DNA of 64,000 nt from Acidobacteriota bacterium (GTDB taxonomy: Bacteria; Acidobacteriota; UBA6911), in the NCBI GenBank assembly GCA_963664705.1, contig OY761556.1:4320001-4384000 (forward strand), in the 5' to 3' direction. The position numbers and the translations under genes are program-made. Below the pieces are notes generated by a model that was given only the letters and a program-made list of their open reading frames with translations, was not told the DNA's origin and did not search any database. Below are positions 36,815-47,204 of this stretch, in pieces; within the stretch, counting starts at the first letter, position 1; each line of letters starts with the position of its first letter.

Positions 36815-38983
36815 TCATTCCTTACCTGGCAATTCAATCTCAGGCAGAGCAGCGCAATCGGCCAGGTAATATTTCTGCACATACTCCTGCACCATTCGCC
36901 AGGTTGTAAACTTCGGCAACATTGTAGCCATTGAACGACGGATTCGGGCAATCCACTGCCTCGGGATACCGCGTTCATCGCGATCATAAAAACATGGCAC
37001 GACTTCTTCGCTCAGCACCTTGAGGAGGTTGATGTTGTCGATTCGATCCTGCTCAATGACCGAAGAAGGCTGCGAATCTTCTCCTATCGCAAATCCGTTA
37101 TTACCGTCGTAAGCCTCACGCCACCAGCCATCCATGATGCTTAGATTTAACCCGCCATTGCTGATGATTTTCTGCCCACTGGTACCGGAGGCCTCGAGGG
37201 GACGTCGGGGGGTATTCAGCCAGACATCGCAGCCCGAAACCATTTGACGGGCAATATGCACGTCATAATTCTCAATAAATACAAGCCTCCCGCGCATCTC
37301 GCTGTATTTGCTGAGATGGATAATCTTCTGTATCCGTCGCTTTCCTTCATTGTCCGCAGGGTGCGCTTTGCCGGAAAAAATAAATTGAATCGGCCGGACC
37401 GGATTGGTCGCGAGTTTGACGATGGCATCGTAATCCTCAAAAACCAATGGAGCCCGCTTATAGGTAGCAAAGCGGCGCGCGAAACCGATCGTGAGAGCAT
37501 CCGGGTTCAGCAATCTGTCGAACGCATTCAGGTCGCCAAAGGCGTTGCGCCGGATGAGCAGTCGCCTGCGCGTAAACTCGATCAGGGCTCTTCGAAGCCG
37601 ATATCGCAGGGCCCAAATCTCTTCATCGGTAACAAAATCAGGGTCGAGCATGCGCTCCCAAAAATTAGGGGAATGAATGTCCTTGTCCCAATTCGGTCCG
37701 AGCTTGTTTCTCCAGAAACTGCGAACAGGTCCTTTCATCCAGCCAATAAGGTGGATCCCGTTGGTAACGTGACCAATAGGCACCTCATCCACGGACTTGT
37801 CGGGATATAATACGTGCCACATATTGCGGCTCACCCTTCCGTGCAGTTCGCTGACCGCATTGGCAGCCCGGGATGTCTTGAGGGCCAGCACGGTCATGCA
37901 GAAAGGCTCGTTGTCGTCCTCCGGATCAACCCGTCCCAATGCCATTAGTTCCTTGAACGAGGAGGTAATCTGCGGCTGAAAACTCTGCAATGAATGCTTC
38001 ACGAGATCCGGACTGAAGCGATCGTGTCCTGCCTCGACCGGGGTGTGAGTCGTAAAAACACACTCCTTGCGCGTGGCATCCAGGGCAGCCTGGAAGGAAT
38101 CCCCGTTCAGCATTTTCTCGCGTATCAATTCCAGCGACACAAAAGCTACGTGTCCTTCATTCATGTGATACAGGGACGGCTGGATGTGAAGAGTGCGCAA
38201 CAAACGGACTCCGCCGATACCGAGCAGAATTTCCTGCATGATGCGCGTCGATTTGTCACCGCCGTACACTCGTAGCGTAAGGTCACGATAGAACGGCTCG
38301 TTTTCCGGACGATTGGCATCGATCAGGTAGATCGGGCAGCGGCCCACATCCACTTTCCATACTTGAAAAAACACGCGGGATTCGGCAATTTCCACATCGC
38401 ATACCAGTCTCTCGCCCGAAGCGTCGAGAACCGGCTCGAGCGGCAGGGCCTCTGGGTTCAGCGGCGTGTAGTATTCGGTCTGCCAGTTCTCATTATCGAT
38501 CATCTGCTGGAAATACCCTTCCCGGTACAGCAGACTGATGCCGACGAGTCCCAACCCAAGATCGCTCGCAGATCTGGCATGATCCCCTGATAGAATTCCC
38601 AGTCCTCCGGCCGCTATCGGCAGCGTTTCATGGAACCCATATTCCGCCGTAAAATACGCAACCGGTTTTTTTATTAGACCGGGCGCATGATTGAAGGCCC
38701 AGGTATCCTTCTGATGGATGTATGCATCGAAACCCGCTAGCGCTGTCCTTACCGTGCGCGCAAAAACGGGATCTTTCAAACGCATGCGGAGCTCATATTC
38801 GGAGATGTCCTGCAGAACGGCCACCGCATTGTGATATAGATCCTGCCACCCGCGGGGAGACAGCTCCTGAAAAATCTCCTGGCATTCCTGATTCCAGGTC
38901 CACCAGAGGTTTTTGGCCAGTTGCCTTAGGCGTGCAAGAAGGTCCGCAGTTTCGTCGTGGTATGAAAGTGGATTGGCGCTCAG
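36815..38983 (-). CDS. glgP: Alpha-glucan phosphorylase (probable CTG start at 38983)
   Basis: LAKNLWWTWN, AGGLGILSGD, HMNEGH, FARRFATYKR, EASGTSGQK; the conserved N-terminus lies upstream of the ORF-track GTG at 38824. Confidence 0.9.
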   Translation of the reverse strand: MSANPLSYHDETADLLARLRQLAKNLWWTWNQECQEIFQELSPRGWQDLYHNAVAVLQDISEYELRMRLKDPVFARTVRTALAGFDAYIHQKDTWAFNHAPGLIKKPVAYFTAEYGFHETLPIAAGGLGILSGDHARSASDLGLGLVGISLLYREGYFQQMIDNENWQTEYYTPLNPEALPLEPVLDASGERLVCDVEIAESRVFFQVWKVDVGRCPIYLIDANRPENEPFYRDLTLRVYGGDKSTRIMQEILLGIGGVRLLRTLHIQPSLYHMNEGHVAFVSLELIREKMLNGDSFQAALDATRKECVFTTHTPVEAGHDRFSPDLVKHSLQSFQPQITSSFKELMALGRVDPEDDNEPFCMTVLALKTSRAANAVSELHGRVSRNMWHVLYPDKSVDEVPIGHVTNGIHLIGWMKGPVRSFWRNKLGPNWDKDIHSPNFWERMLDPDFVTDEEIWALRYRLRRALIEFTRRRLLIRRNAFGDLNAFDRLLNPDALTIGFARRFATYKRAPLVFEDYDAIVKLATNPVRPIQFIFSGKAHPADNEGKRRIQKIIHLSKYSEMRGRLVFIENYDVHIARQMVSGCDVWLNTPRRPLEASGTSGQKIISNGGLNLSIMDGWWREAYDGNNGFAIGEDSQPSSVIEQDRIDNINLLKVLSEEVVPCFYDRDERGIPRQWIARIRRSMATMLPKFTTWRMVQEYVQKYYLADCAALPEIELPGKE

Positions 38984-39027
38984 CGTAGTCTCTCCATGTT
39001 AAGTCAAAAACAATAGCTTCTGCTGGA

Positions 39028-41202
39028 TCAGACGATCCATTCCTGATAGTCGAGTCCCCAGGGATCAACGGGTATCGTCAGTACACCTGTCTCGGGGAAC
39101 CGCTCCATTTCACGGTCATTCTCCAGGACCGAAATAAAAAATGATACCTCGGAAGGCTTTTCGATGCGAAGAGCTTCCAGAGGCAGCCCTATTTCCAGGA
39201 TGCGGTTGGCGGCAAATTCGGGCACCTTATCCGGCATCGGCCAATGAACGGGTCTGCACCGCCAGGTCTTTTCGCCGAAATATTCCAGCATCAAGCTGCA
39301 CTCTCCCGGAGAAATAAACTGCACCTGCACCGAGCCCTCCCGGGGAAAGGCTGATATCTTCTCCTGCGCAAAGTCAATGCGCAAATAGAAAGAACCTAGA
39401 TCGTATGCAAAGTATATCTTTTCGAGGAAACGATCCGTTCGATGCATGGAGGCGCCGCCTCCTGGAACCGCATATCCCGCAGAGATCCATTCATAATAGT
39501 CCGACTCCACGCCGTCTACCTGTGGGGTCAGCGTCTGGACTGGATTCCTATATTGTATTTTGGGTTTGGTTTTCTTGACCGGTTGATCCAGGTTTTGAGG
39601 TGTCTTCTCACCCAATAGCCGGTAGACATTCTTCAGCCGGTCCCGGAATAGCGCATCAAATTCCGCGGCATTGTCGGTCGGATGATCATCGCCAAACCAC
39701 CAGAACCAGTCGCTCCCTTCGGCAATCATCATCTCCCGGAATGCAGCCTTGACATTTTCTCCGTTTGGATTCCGCAATTGCGATGTGTCCCAGAAACGGC
39801 GCGCGGCCGTTATAAGCTCCCAGGCGCGGTTTTTTTCCTCGTGGCCGATCCAGGTCGCCAGATTCCCATAAATCCAGCTGCCGGAGACAACGGATTTCAG
39901 CGGTTCTCGATGCGACTCGAGATCAAGAAATTCGGAAAATGTCACAGTTCGCAGATCATCGGCGCTGCCCAGTTCCCTGTACAGTGTTTCCAGAAAAACC
40001 GTCCCATTCCCCGGGTAATGCTCCCACGCATTTTCGCCATCCAGGATGATCGGAACAATATAATGCCGGCCATCATCCGGAAGACTAAGGTGAATGCTGC
40101 GCAGGCGTCGGCAGAAATCCGCTACCGCATCCTTCTCGTTCCAGTGGTAATAGGAAAACCCGAAAAGATCCGACAGCGCGTGGTCGCGGAAAAACAGGCA
40201 CGGACCCGATTCGCCGCCGCCCCATTGATAGGCGCTGTATTTTTTGTCCGGACTCAGCAGCCCGCCGATTCGCCCCTCCTTATGAAGGGAATTCCATAGA
40301 ACGCTCTCATCGGAAGCCAGCCAGCGCAGTCCTGCGTCTCGCGCCAGTGCCAGAGCAGCATCGCTCAAGGCTCCTTCGGAAGGCCACATCCCGCGCGCCG
40401 ACCGTCCAAAGATCCTGGAAAATTCCGCCGTCGCAAGATCTATGTGCTCCCTGGCGTCCTGAGGATACCGAAAGGAATCAGGCGGCAAGGGGATATCCGG
40501 CAACGCCTCCCTGGCAACACGCAAATCGCAGAGCAGCGGTAGAATGGGATGGTAGTAGGGAGATATCGAGAACTCGAAAGATCCCGACTCCGAAAGCTTC
40601 CGGTAATAAGGAAGAATGCGACCGATGAAGGCATACTGAATATCCAGGAGGCGCTGTTTGTCTTCTTCGCTGAATCCTCGCGCCTTATCGAAGAGATTCC
40701 GGATTTCGGGATCGCTGCGCAGTTCGTGCCCGCACCAGGCCAGGTTGTACCAAAGCTGCAGGTCCCGGTAATCCTGGGCAGTATACAGTCCAATCACTGC
40801 CGAATAGTCGCCGTGCTCATTGGCCGGACCCCGCCGGTCATAAAGCTCGCGGTAGCGGGAATACGGAAGCAGCATGTGCGCAGGAGAAAGCTGGAAGAAC
40901 GTGCGCAACAGGAAGGCCTTCTCATTGGCCTCCAGTGCCGAAGCATCCCGACGAGTCAGGCTCGTCTGAATCTCATTGATCTTGCCGGAACTGTAGGATT
41001 CAAGCTGCTCCATGAGCGACGGGACCAGATTGAACATGACGTGCACGTTCCCCGCCCGCTCCACAAGCGCAGCCATGTCATAGTAATCCTTGATGGCATG
41101 GAACCGAGTCCAGGGAAGGTACGTTTCACCCGTATGGGTATTGCGATAGTCCGGCTGATGCATGTGCCAAAGGAAGGCAATACAAAGCGGCTTTCTCGAC
41201 AT
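39028..41202 (-). CDS. Glycoside hydrolase family 57 protein
   Basis: WHMHQP, PYYHPILPLL, GMWPSEG, LDGENAWE, AEGSDWFWW. Confidence 0.92.
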   Translation of the reverse strand: MSRKPLCIAFLWHMHQPDYRNTHTGETYLPWTRFHAIKDYYDMAALVERAGNVHVMFNLVPSLMEQLESYSSGKINEIQTSLTRRDASALEANEKAFLLRTFFQLSPAHMLLPYSRYRELYDRRGPANEHGDYSAVIGLYTAQDYRDLQLWYNLAWCGHELRSDPEIRNLFDKARGFSEEDKQRLLDIQYAFIGRILPYYRKLSESGSFEFSISPYYHPILPLLCDLRVAREALPDIPLPPDSFRYPQDAREHIDLATAEFSRIFGRSARGMWPSEGALSDAALALARDAGLRWLASDESVLWNSLHKEGRIGGLLSPDKKYSAYQWGGGESGPCLFFRDHALSDLFGFSYYHWNEKDAVADFCRRLRSIHLSLPDDGRHYIVPIILDGENAWEHYPGNGTVFLETLYRELGSADDLRTVTFSEFLDLESHREPLKSVVSGSWIYGNLATWIGHEEKNRAWELITAARRFWDTSQLRNPNGENVKAAFREMMIAEGSDWFWWFGDDHPTDNAAEFDALFRDRLKNVYRLLGEKTPQNLDQPVKKTKPKIQYRNPVQTLTPQVDGVESDYYEWISAGYAVPGGGASMHRTDRFLEKIYFAYDLGSFYLRIDFAQEKISAFPREGSVQVQFISPGECSLMLEYFGEKTWRCRPVHWPMPDKVPEFAANRILEIGLPLEALRIEKPSEVSFFISVLENDREMERFPETGVLTIPVDPWGLDYQEWIV

Positions 41203-41481
41203 GAAATCCCCCGGAATCAGAATAGCAAAACGCTGGCAGCCTGTCAGCTTGTCCTCATTTCGGCATTTTTGCTCCCGGTATTTCCATATATGACAGGTTG
41301 TACCTCAAAATTACTTCTTCCTGGTGCATAATCCTATGAGTTTCTGCCTCCCCTGCATCGTGTCGAAGATCTGAAATTACCTTGACTCCCATGGTATGCG
41401 GTGCTATTACACGGCCGTTTCCTGTTAATCTCATCGATACATACCAATTTGCAGGGTAGGACGCAGAAGGGGGGATCTCTC

Positions 41482-41754
41482 TTGAATAAGGGTGATATTG
41501 TAGGAAAAATCGCAAAAGATGCGGATCTTACGAAGTCCCAGGCAGAATCTGCCTTCAACTCGCTTATTTCCGGAATTACGGCTTCTTTGAAGAAGGGTCA
41601 GAAGGTGACCGTTGTAGGGTTCGGAACTTTCTCAGTGGCAAAAAGGAAGGCGCGCGCAGGCCGGAATCCTCAGACCGGCGCAGCCATAAAAATCGCCGCT
41701 CACAAGGTCCCGAAGTTTGTGCCTGGAAGTGATTTGAAAAAAGCCGTGCGGTAA
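41482..41754 (+). CDS. hup: DNA-binding protein HU (90 aa)
   Basis: TTG start, MNKGDIV...GFGTF...RAGRNPQTG...PKFVPG. Confidence 0.95.
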   Translation: MNKGDIVGKIAKDADLTKSQAESAFNSLISGITASLKKGQKVTVVGFGTFSVAKRKARAGRNPQTGAAIKIAAHKVPKFVPGSDLKKAVR

Positions 41755-41760
41755 TAATGC

Positions 41761-41791
41761 GCCTGCGGCAGGATTGAATCCTGCCGCAGGC
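41761..41791. terminator. Perfect inverted repeat between convergent hup and sigma genes; likely bidirectional terminator
   Basis: gcctgcggcaggatt-g-aatcctgccgcaggc. Confidence 0.7.
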
Positions 41792-41814
41792 ATAAATCGG
41801 GGGGAGACAGGCGC

Positions 41815-43404
41815 CTAGTTCTTGCTTACGAAGTTGGCGAATTCCCGCAATTTGTTGGAGCGATAAGGGCTGCGTAGTTTGAGCAGTGCCTTTTCTTCAA
41901 TCTGGCGAATCCTCTCCCTGGTAACCTGGAAAATCTCACCAACCTCCTGCAGCGTATACTCCTTCCCTGTTTCGTTCAGGCCATAACGCATGCGCACAAT
42001 CTCCTGTTCCCGCGGGGAAAGGGACTGCAGTGCGGAGCTGGTTACTTCCCGAAGATTATGTTTCATCACATCTTCGTCCGGGGAAATTGCATTTTTATCT
42101 TCAATGAACTTGTTCAGCACCGCATCTTTGTTATCCGCAATGCTGGCTTCCAGCGAAATGGGTTCCTGCGCAGCCTTCAGGATCTGGGTGACCTTGGCCA
42201 CCGGCGTCTTGAGTTCTTTGGCGAGCTCATGAACCGATGGTTCACGTCCCATACGCTTGGTTAACTCATTGGCAACCTTCAATACGCGGTTCATGGCTTC
42301 AACCATATGAACGGGAATCCGAATGGTTCTTCCCTGATCCGCAATGGCACGGGTAATGCTCTGCCGGATCCACCAGGTTGCATAGGTTGAAAACTTGTGG
42401 CCCAGCCGATAATTGAACTTGTCCACCGCCTTCATGAGCCCGATATTCCCTTCCTGAACCAGATCCAGAAGATCCAGTCCGGGATAGGAATAATTTTTGG
42501 CAATACTCAAAACCAGCCGAAGGTTCGATCGTACAAATTGATCCTTGGCATGCAGCATCTCTATTTTATTTTCGCTGATCAGCGCCAGAATCTTGCGCAA
42601 CTCCTCTGTGTTGGTCAGGTACTGTGCTTCCAATCCATTGACATGAGCGCGGGCTTCGCGCATGGCTTTGGAATGCGAATCGCGTCGGGACAGAGCCTTG
42701 ATTGCCGTCTGCGCGGCTTCCATCTGGTGCAGCACTTCCTCCAGGCTTCCGATCAAAGCCACGATCTGGTTTTCCGAGAAATCTATTTTCTTCAAAGAAG
42801 TGAAGATCGCCTCGCGGTTGCTTTCAATCTTTCTTAAGTCTTTTACTTTCTTAGTTTTGGTTTTCTGGAAGGCCCCTCTTGTGAGTCGGTACTTGGCCTC
42901 CAGTTTCTCGAGACGGGATACAATCCGCCGTATCTGCTTGATGCGCAGTCGCGTGCGCTCTTCGAGTGAAACCTCGCTTTCAGATTCCTTTTTTTCCTCG
43001 ATTCCAAACTGGGGAATCGCCGAGGGCGCACCCATTGGCTGCAGCTCGTCCGCAAGTTCCATTATCTTGTAAGTGTTTATGGGAGTTAGCGATAGAAGCC
43101 GCAGCGTGTTCAACTTGGCGGATTCGATCTTCTTCGCAAGGTAAACCTCTTCCTCCCGGGTCAACAACGGAATCTTGCTCATGCTCCTGTAGTAAATGTA
43201 CAGGGGATCGGCGGACGCTGTTGATTCTTCAGTCTTTCCTGCCGGCCGATTCTCGTTAGGCACGCGCGCAAATCGAACCCTGTCGACATAATTAGCCCGC
43301 GTTAATCTTGGAAACGATTCGGAAGGACCCAAACCATCCTCATCCAGATCTATCGAGTCATACTCGGTTTCTTCCAGGAAATCCTCTTGTTCTAATTCAA
43401 TCAT
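41815..43404 (-). CDS. RpoD-like sigma-70 factor
   Basis: Region 1.2 DPLYIY..LLTREEE, NLRLV, DLVQEGNIGLMKAVDKF, FSTYATWWIRQ, RTIRIPVHM, TRERIRQIE. Confidence 0.9.
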   Translation of the reverse strand: MIELEQEDFLEETEYDSIDLDEDGLGPSESFPRLTRANYVDRVRFARVPNENRPAGKTEESTASADPLYIYYRSMSKIPLLTREEEVYLAKKIESAKLNTLRLLSLTPINTYKIMELADELQPMGAPSAIPQFGIEEKKESESEVSLEERTRLRIKQIRRIVSRLEKLEAKYRLTRGAFQKTKTKKVKDLRKIESNREAIFTSLKKIDFSENQIVALIGSLEEVLHQMEAAQTAIKALSRRDSHSKAMREARAHVNGLEAQYLTNTEELRKILALISENKIEMLHAKDQFVRSNLRLVLSIAKNYSYPGLDLLDLVQEGNIGLMKAVDKFNYRLGHKFSTYATWWIRQSITRAIADQGRTIRIPVHMVEAMNRVLKVANELTKRMGREPSVHELAKELKTPVAKVTQILKAAQEPISLEASIADNKDAVLNKFIEDKNAISPDEDVMKHNLREVTSSALQSLSPREQEIVRMRYGLNETGKEYTLQEVGEIFQVTRERIRQIEEKALLKLRSPYRSNKLREFANFVSKN

Positions 43405-43800
43405 TGTGAGTAATATCCTCTTAGGAGAGTTTTCTTAAAACCCCATTCCTCCAGACTAATCCTTCTCTTATAATGACTTAGGGGTGATCCGTGGTTCTAG
43501 TCCCGACCTCTTTAATGACTCAAGAGCTAAATTACATTCTTATAGATAATCAATGCCGAGAATAGTTTCAGTGGGCTAGGTGATTTTTACTATACTTCAA
43601 AATAAATACCCCGTTTTATGAAGGTTGGAACTCTCTTCCTCCGTTCGGATTGTACGGTAAAGCGTTTATTTCGTTCCGATTTTATGTATAACATCGGGTA
43701 TTATTTTTGGCAACTTGAATCCAGGTTTTTCGTACTATTTTCTCTTGATATTGCATGGAATTAGGGAGAAAAATCACTAATTTCTTAAAAGGTAGGCTTA

Positions 43801-43829
43801 TTGACTGACCGGCTGGTTTTCAATATCAT
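43801..43829 (+). promoter_or_regulatory. Sigma-70 promoter for the ABC operon
   Basis: TTGACT-N17-TATCAT about 45 nt upstream of the GTG start. Confidence 0.6.
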
Positions 43830-43873
43830 TGATTGTTTCTAAATCTCTGCAAACCAATCCCTGGAGGCATGGC

Positions 43874-44815
43874 GTGATCGAGGTAGAACACATAAGTAAA
43901 GTTTATAACGGTCGCAGGGCGGTGGATGACGTCTCGTTTCGGGCGGAAAAGGGAGAGGTCCTTGGATTCCTCGGCCCCAACGGGGCCGGAAAGACCACAA
44001 CCATGCGGATTCTCACCTGCTACATGCCCTCTACCGAGGGCACAGCCAGGATTGCGGGATACGATGTCTTCGAAGAAAGCATCGAGGTACGGAAGCGCAT
44101 CGGCTATCTGCCGGAAAATCCGCCGCTCTATCCAGAAATGACGGTGAAATCCTACCTGGACTTTGTTGCGAAGATCAAAGGAACTCGGGCAAACCAGCGC
44201 AAGAGCCAGGTCTCCGAGGCGATCGGGAAATGCAACCTCGGTGATGTTCAGAACCGCATCATTGGCAAGCTGTCCAAAGGGTACAAACAGCGGGTCGGAC
44301 TTGCGCAGGCGCTTTTGAATAACCCCGAGGTGTTGATTCTCGATGAACCGACCCTGGGTCTGGATCCGAAACAGATTCATGATATACGGTCCCTCATCAA
44401 GAGTCTGGCTTCCGCCCATACTGTTATCCTTTCCACACACATTCTCCCTGAAGTCAGCATGACCTGTAACCGGGTTGTGATTATCAATAAAGGCAAAGTG
44501 GTCGCCATGGATACGCCTGACGGTCTGGCCCGCCAGATGCGTGGAGCCGAGAGAATCTCGATTACTGTGGACGGACCGATTGACGCCGTCCGCGAAAAAT
44601 TATCGGCAATTGACGGCGTTCTGAATGTGGAGGTTGGCAGCGAGGCGGCCGGAGCGCCGGTCAACTACAATGTCGAGTGCAAACTGGACAGCGATCTTCG
44701 CAGAATACTTGCGGCTGCAGTTGTATCGCAAGGCTGGGGGCTGCTTGAACTGCGTGGCGTCTCCATGAGTCTCGAAGACGTTTTCATCAATCTGATTACG
44801 AAAGAAGAAGCGTAG
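43874..44815 (+). CDS. ABC transporter ATP-binding protein (GldA-like)
   Basis: GPNGAGKTT, LSKGYKQR, ILDEPT, STHIL; GGAGG RBS. Confidence 0.92.
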   Translation: MIEVEHISKVYNGRRAVDDVSFRAEKGEVLGFLGPNGAGKTTTMRILTCYMPSTEGTARIAGYDVFEESIEVRKRIGYLPENPPLYPEMTVKSYLDFVAKIKGTRANQRKSQVSEAIGKCNLGDVQNRIIGKLSKGYKQRVGLAQALLNNPEVLILDEPTLGLDPKQIHDIRSLIKSLASAHTVILSTHILPEVSMTCNRVVIINKGKVVAMDTPDGLARQMRGAERISITVDGPIDAVREKLSAIDGVLNVEVGSEAAGAPVNYNVECKLDSDLRRILAAAVVSQGWGLLELRGVSMSLEDVFINLITKEEA

Positions 44816-44844
44816 ACATTCTATAGCTATTTAGAGAGGCCCAA

Positions 44845-45615
44845 ATGCAAAACATACTGGCAATCTGGCAGCGGGAGATGAAGAGCTATTTCGTCTCGCC
44901 GATTGCTTATGTGGTATTGACCGTCTTTCTCTTCCTCTCAGGAATGATCTTTTTCGGCAACCTGAGGGAAGTGTACCAATACACCATGAGCACGGCCCAG
45001 CTTGGACAAAGCACTCAGCCGATCGATGTCCCAGCCTATGTCACCCAATCGCTGTTCAGAACGATTACAGTGGTTCTGCTCTTCCTTCTTCCAATGATGA
45101 CTATGGGACTTTTTTCGGAAGAGAAGAAGCGGGGAACGATCGAGCTGCTGTTGACGACGCCGATCCGCAACACCCATGCGATCCTGGGCAAATATGTGGC
45201 AAGTCTGACATTCCTGCTGATTCTGTTCGCCGCCAGCGGCGTCACTATTTCGTCTCTGTTTGTATACAGCCAGCCGGACTGGAAACCAATCCTGGCAGGG
45301 TACCTTGGCCTTTTTCTTTACGGCGCGGCACTCCTTGCGCTGGGACTCTTCATCTCAACGCTGACTGAAAACCAGATCATTGCCGTGATCGTGACCTTTG
45401 GTGTGAGCCTCGTTCTCTGGCTGATCAGCGTGTTCGCCGCTTCTGCCTCGGGCGCTGTCCGGGACGTTATCAACTACCTTTCGGTCATCAGTCATCTCGA
45501 TGACTTCATCAAAGGGGTGATCGACACGTCGCACGTAATCTATTACGTGACATTCGCGTTCGTTGCACTTTTCCTGGCTTATCGTTCACTTGAGTCCATG
45601 CGGTGGAAAGGCTAA
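44845..45615 (+). CDS. ABC-2 permease (GldF-like)
   Basis: REMKSYFVSPIAY, EEKKRGTIELLLT, ENQIIA. Confidence 0.88.
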   Translation: MQNILAIWQREMKSYFVSPIAYVVLTVFLFLSGMIFFGNLREVYQYTMSTAQLGQSTQPIDVPAYVTQSLFRTITVVLLFLLPMMTMGLFSEEKKRGTIELLLTTPIRNTHAILGKYVASLTFLLILFAASGVTISSLFVYSQPDWKPILAGYLGLFLYGAALLALGLFISTLTENQIIAVIVTFGVSLVLWLISVFAASASGAVRDVINYLSVISHLDDFIKGVIDTSHVIYYVTFAFVALFLAYRSLESMRWKG

Positions 45616-47204
45616 TGAAAAAATATCTACAGAAGCTTGATACGTTAGGCCTGTTGTTCCTGGTGGCTGCGGTTATTTGGTATTCGATATCCAACATCTG
45701 GAGCAAATGGAACCTGGCATTTGCAGTTCTGGGCGGGGTTCTCATCGTGATAGGCGTCGCCGCCAACTACCGGCAGATCCTCGGTTCCCTGGGAAAGCGC
45801 TCGACAAAGTATGCCAGCAATTATGTAATTTCCCTGATCCTGGTGATTGCCATTATTGCGGGGCTAAACTACGTGGGTCAGCGTCATCCAAAGCGGGTCG
45901 ACATGACCGGCTCCGGCCGGTTCACACTTGCTCAACAGACAACGCAGGTATTGGGAAAATTAACCAAAGACGTTGATATTAAGGCGTTTTTCCCCGGCGG
46001 CGATTATGCTCCCCTGAAAGAATTGCTGATTGAATATAGAACGGTGAGCCCGCATGTTCGATACGAGTTTATAGACCCGGATCGGCAACCCGACGTCGCC
46101 AAACAAAATGATGTCACGGTATACGGCACGGTGCAGAATCCCTTCAGCGGCGCCCAGCTTAAGTTTGGGACTGTGATTATCTCCTACGGCAACCGCAACG
46201 AAAAAATCGAGAAGCGGTCTGAAGAAGTTCAGGAAGAGGACCTCACCAACGCCATAATTAAGGTGGGCCGGTCTGAAGCCAAGAAGATCTATTTCATTCA
46301 GGGCCACGGCGAAAAAGATCCGTCCGACACAGAACGCACCGGATACTCCGAAGCCAAGAAAGCGCTGGAAGGACAGGGTTACAAGGTAGAAACCCTAAAT
46401 CTGGCCACCGAGGGAAAAGTGCCGGAGGATGCAAAGGTGCTGGTTGAGGCCGGTCCGACGACAGAACCTTTTGCACAGGAACAGCAGTTCATCGCTGATT
46501 TCCTCAACAAGGGCGGCGTTGGCTTGCTTTTGCTTGTAGACCCGAATCCCGCCCCATCCTTTGAGGCATTCCTGAAAAACTGGGGAGTTAAGGTTGATAA
46601 CGACCTGGTACTCGATGTCAGCGGCGTCGGCAGATTGATGGGCGCCGGCCCCAGTATCCCGCTCGTCACAACTTACGAAGCCCACAAAATTACCGACCGC
46701 TTTAAGGCCATGACTTTCTTCCCTCTTACGCGTTCCATTGAACCGGACAAGAGCCTTCCCGGCGGAGCGACCGTTGAGACGCTGTTCAAGAGCAACCCGA
46801 ACAGCTGGGGAGAAACAAACCTGAGCAGCAAACAGGCTTCCTATGACCCCGGCAGCGATCTCAAAGGGCCGCTATCCCTTGCCGTTGCTGCAACGAAGGA
46901 AGTAAAACCGGCCTCCGCCAGCACACCCGCCGCCAAATCAAGGATTGTTGTCACGGGAACATCCAATTTCCCGGTCAATGCCTATTTCCCGCTTCAGGGA
47001 AATGGGAACCTCTTCCTTAACATGGTGAGCTGGCTTGCCCAAGATGAAGACCTGATCTCCATTCGGCCGAAAGCCCCTCAAGATCGTCGGCTCGTCCTTT
47101 CTGAAAGCCAGATGTCGCTGCTGCAATTGATTGCCGTGTTTGTGCTTCCGGGGATAGCCCTTATTGCCGGCATCGTCGTCGTCGTGAAGCGCCGGAGGAA
47201 ATAA
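45615..47204 (+). CDS. GldG-like ABC-associated membrane/periplasmic protein
   Basis: DMT...FTL, FIDPD, EEDLTNAI, FIQGHGE, NGNLFLNMVSWL, C-terminal TM helix. Confidence 0.85.
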   Translation: MKKYLQKLDTLGLLFLVAAVIWYSISNIWSKWNLAFAVLGGVLIVIGVAANYRQILGSLGKRSTKYASNYVISLILVIAIIAGLNYVGQRHPKRVDMTGSGRFTLAQQTTQVLGKLTKDVDIKAFFPGGDYAPLKELLIEYRTVSPHVRYEFIDPDRQPDVAKQNDVTVYGTVQNPFSGAQLKFGTVIISYGNRNEKIEKRSEEVQEEDLTNAIIKVGRSEAKKIYFIQGHGEKDPSDTERTGYSEAKKALEGQGYKVETLNLATEGKVPEDAKVLVEAGPTTEPFAQEQQFIADFLNKGGVGLLLLVDPNPAPSFEAFLKNWGVKVDNDLVLDVSGVGRLMGAGPSIPLVTTYEAHKITDRFKAMTFFPLTRSIEPDKSLPGGATVETLFKSNPNSWGETNLSSKQASYDPGSDLKGPLSLAVAATKEVKPASASTPAAKSRIVVTGTSNFPVNAYFPLQGNGNLFLNMVSWLAQDEDLISIRPKAPQDRRLVLSESQMSLLQLIAVFVLPGIALIAGIVVVVKRRRK

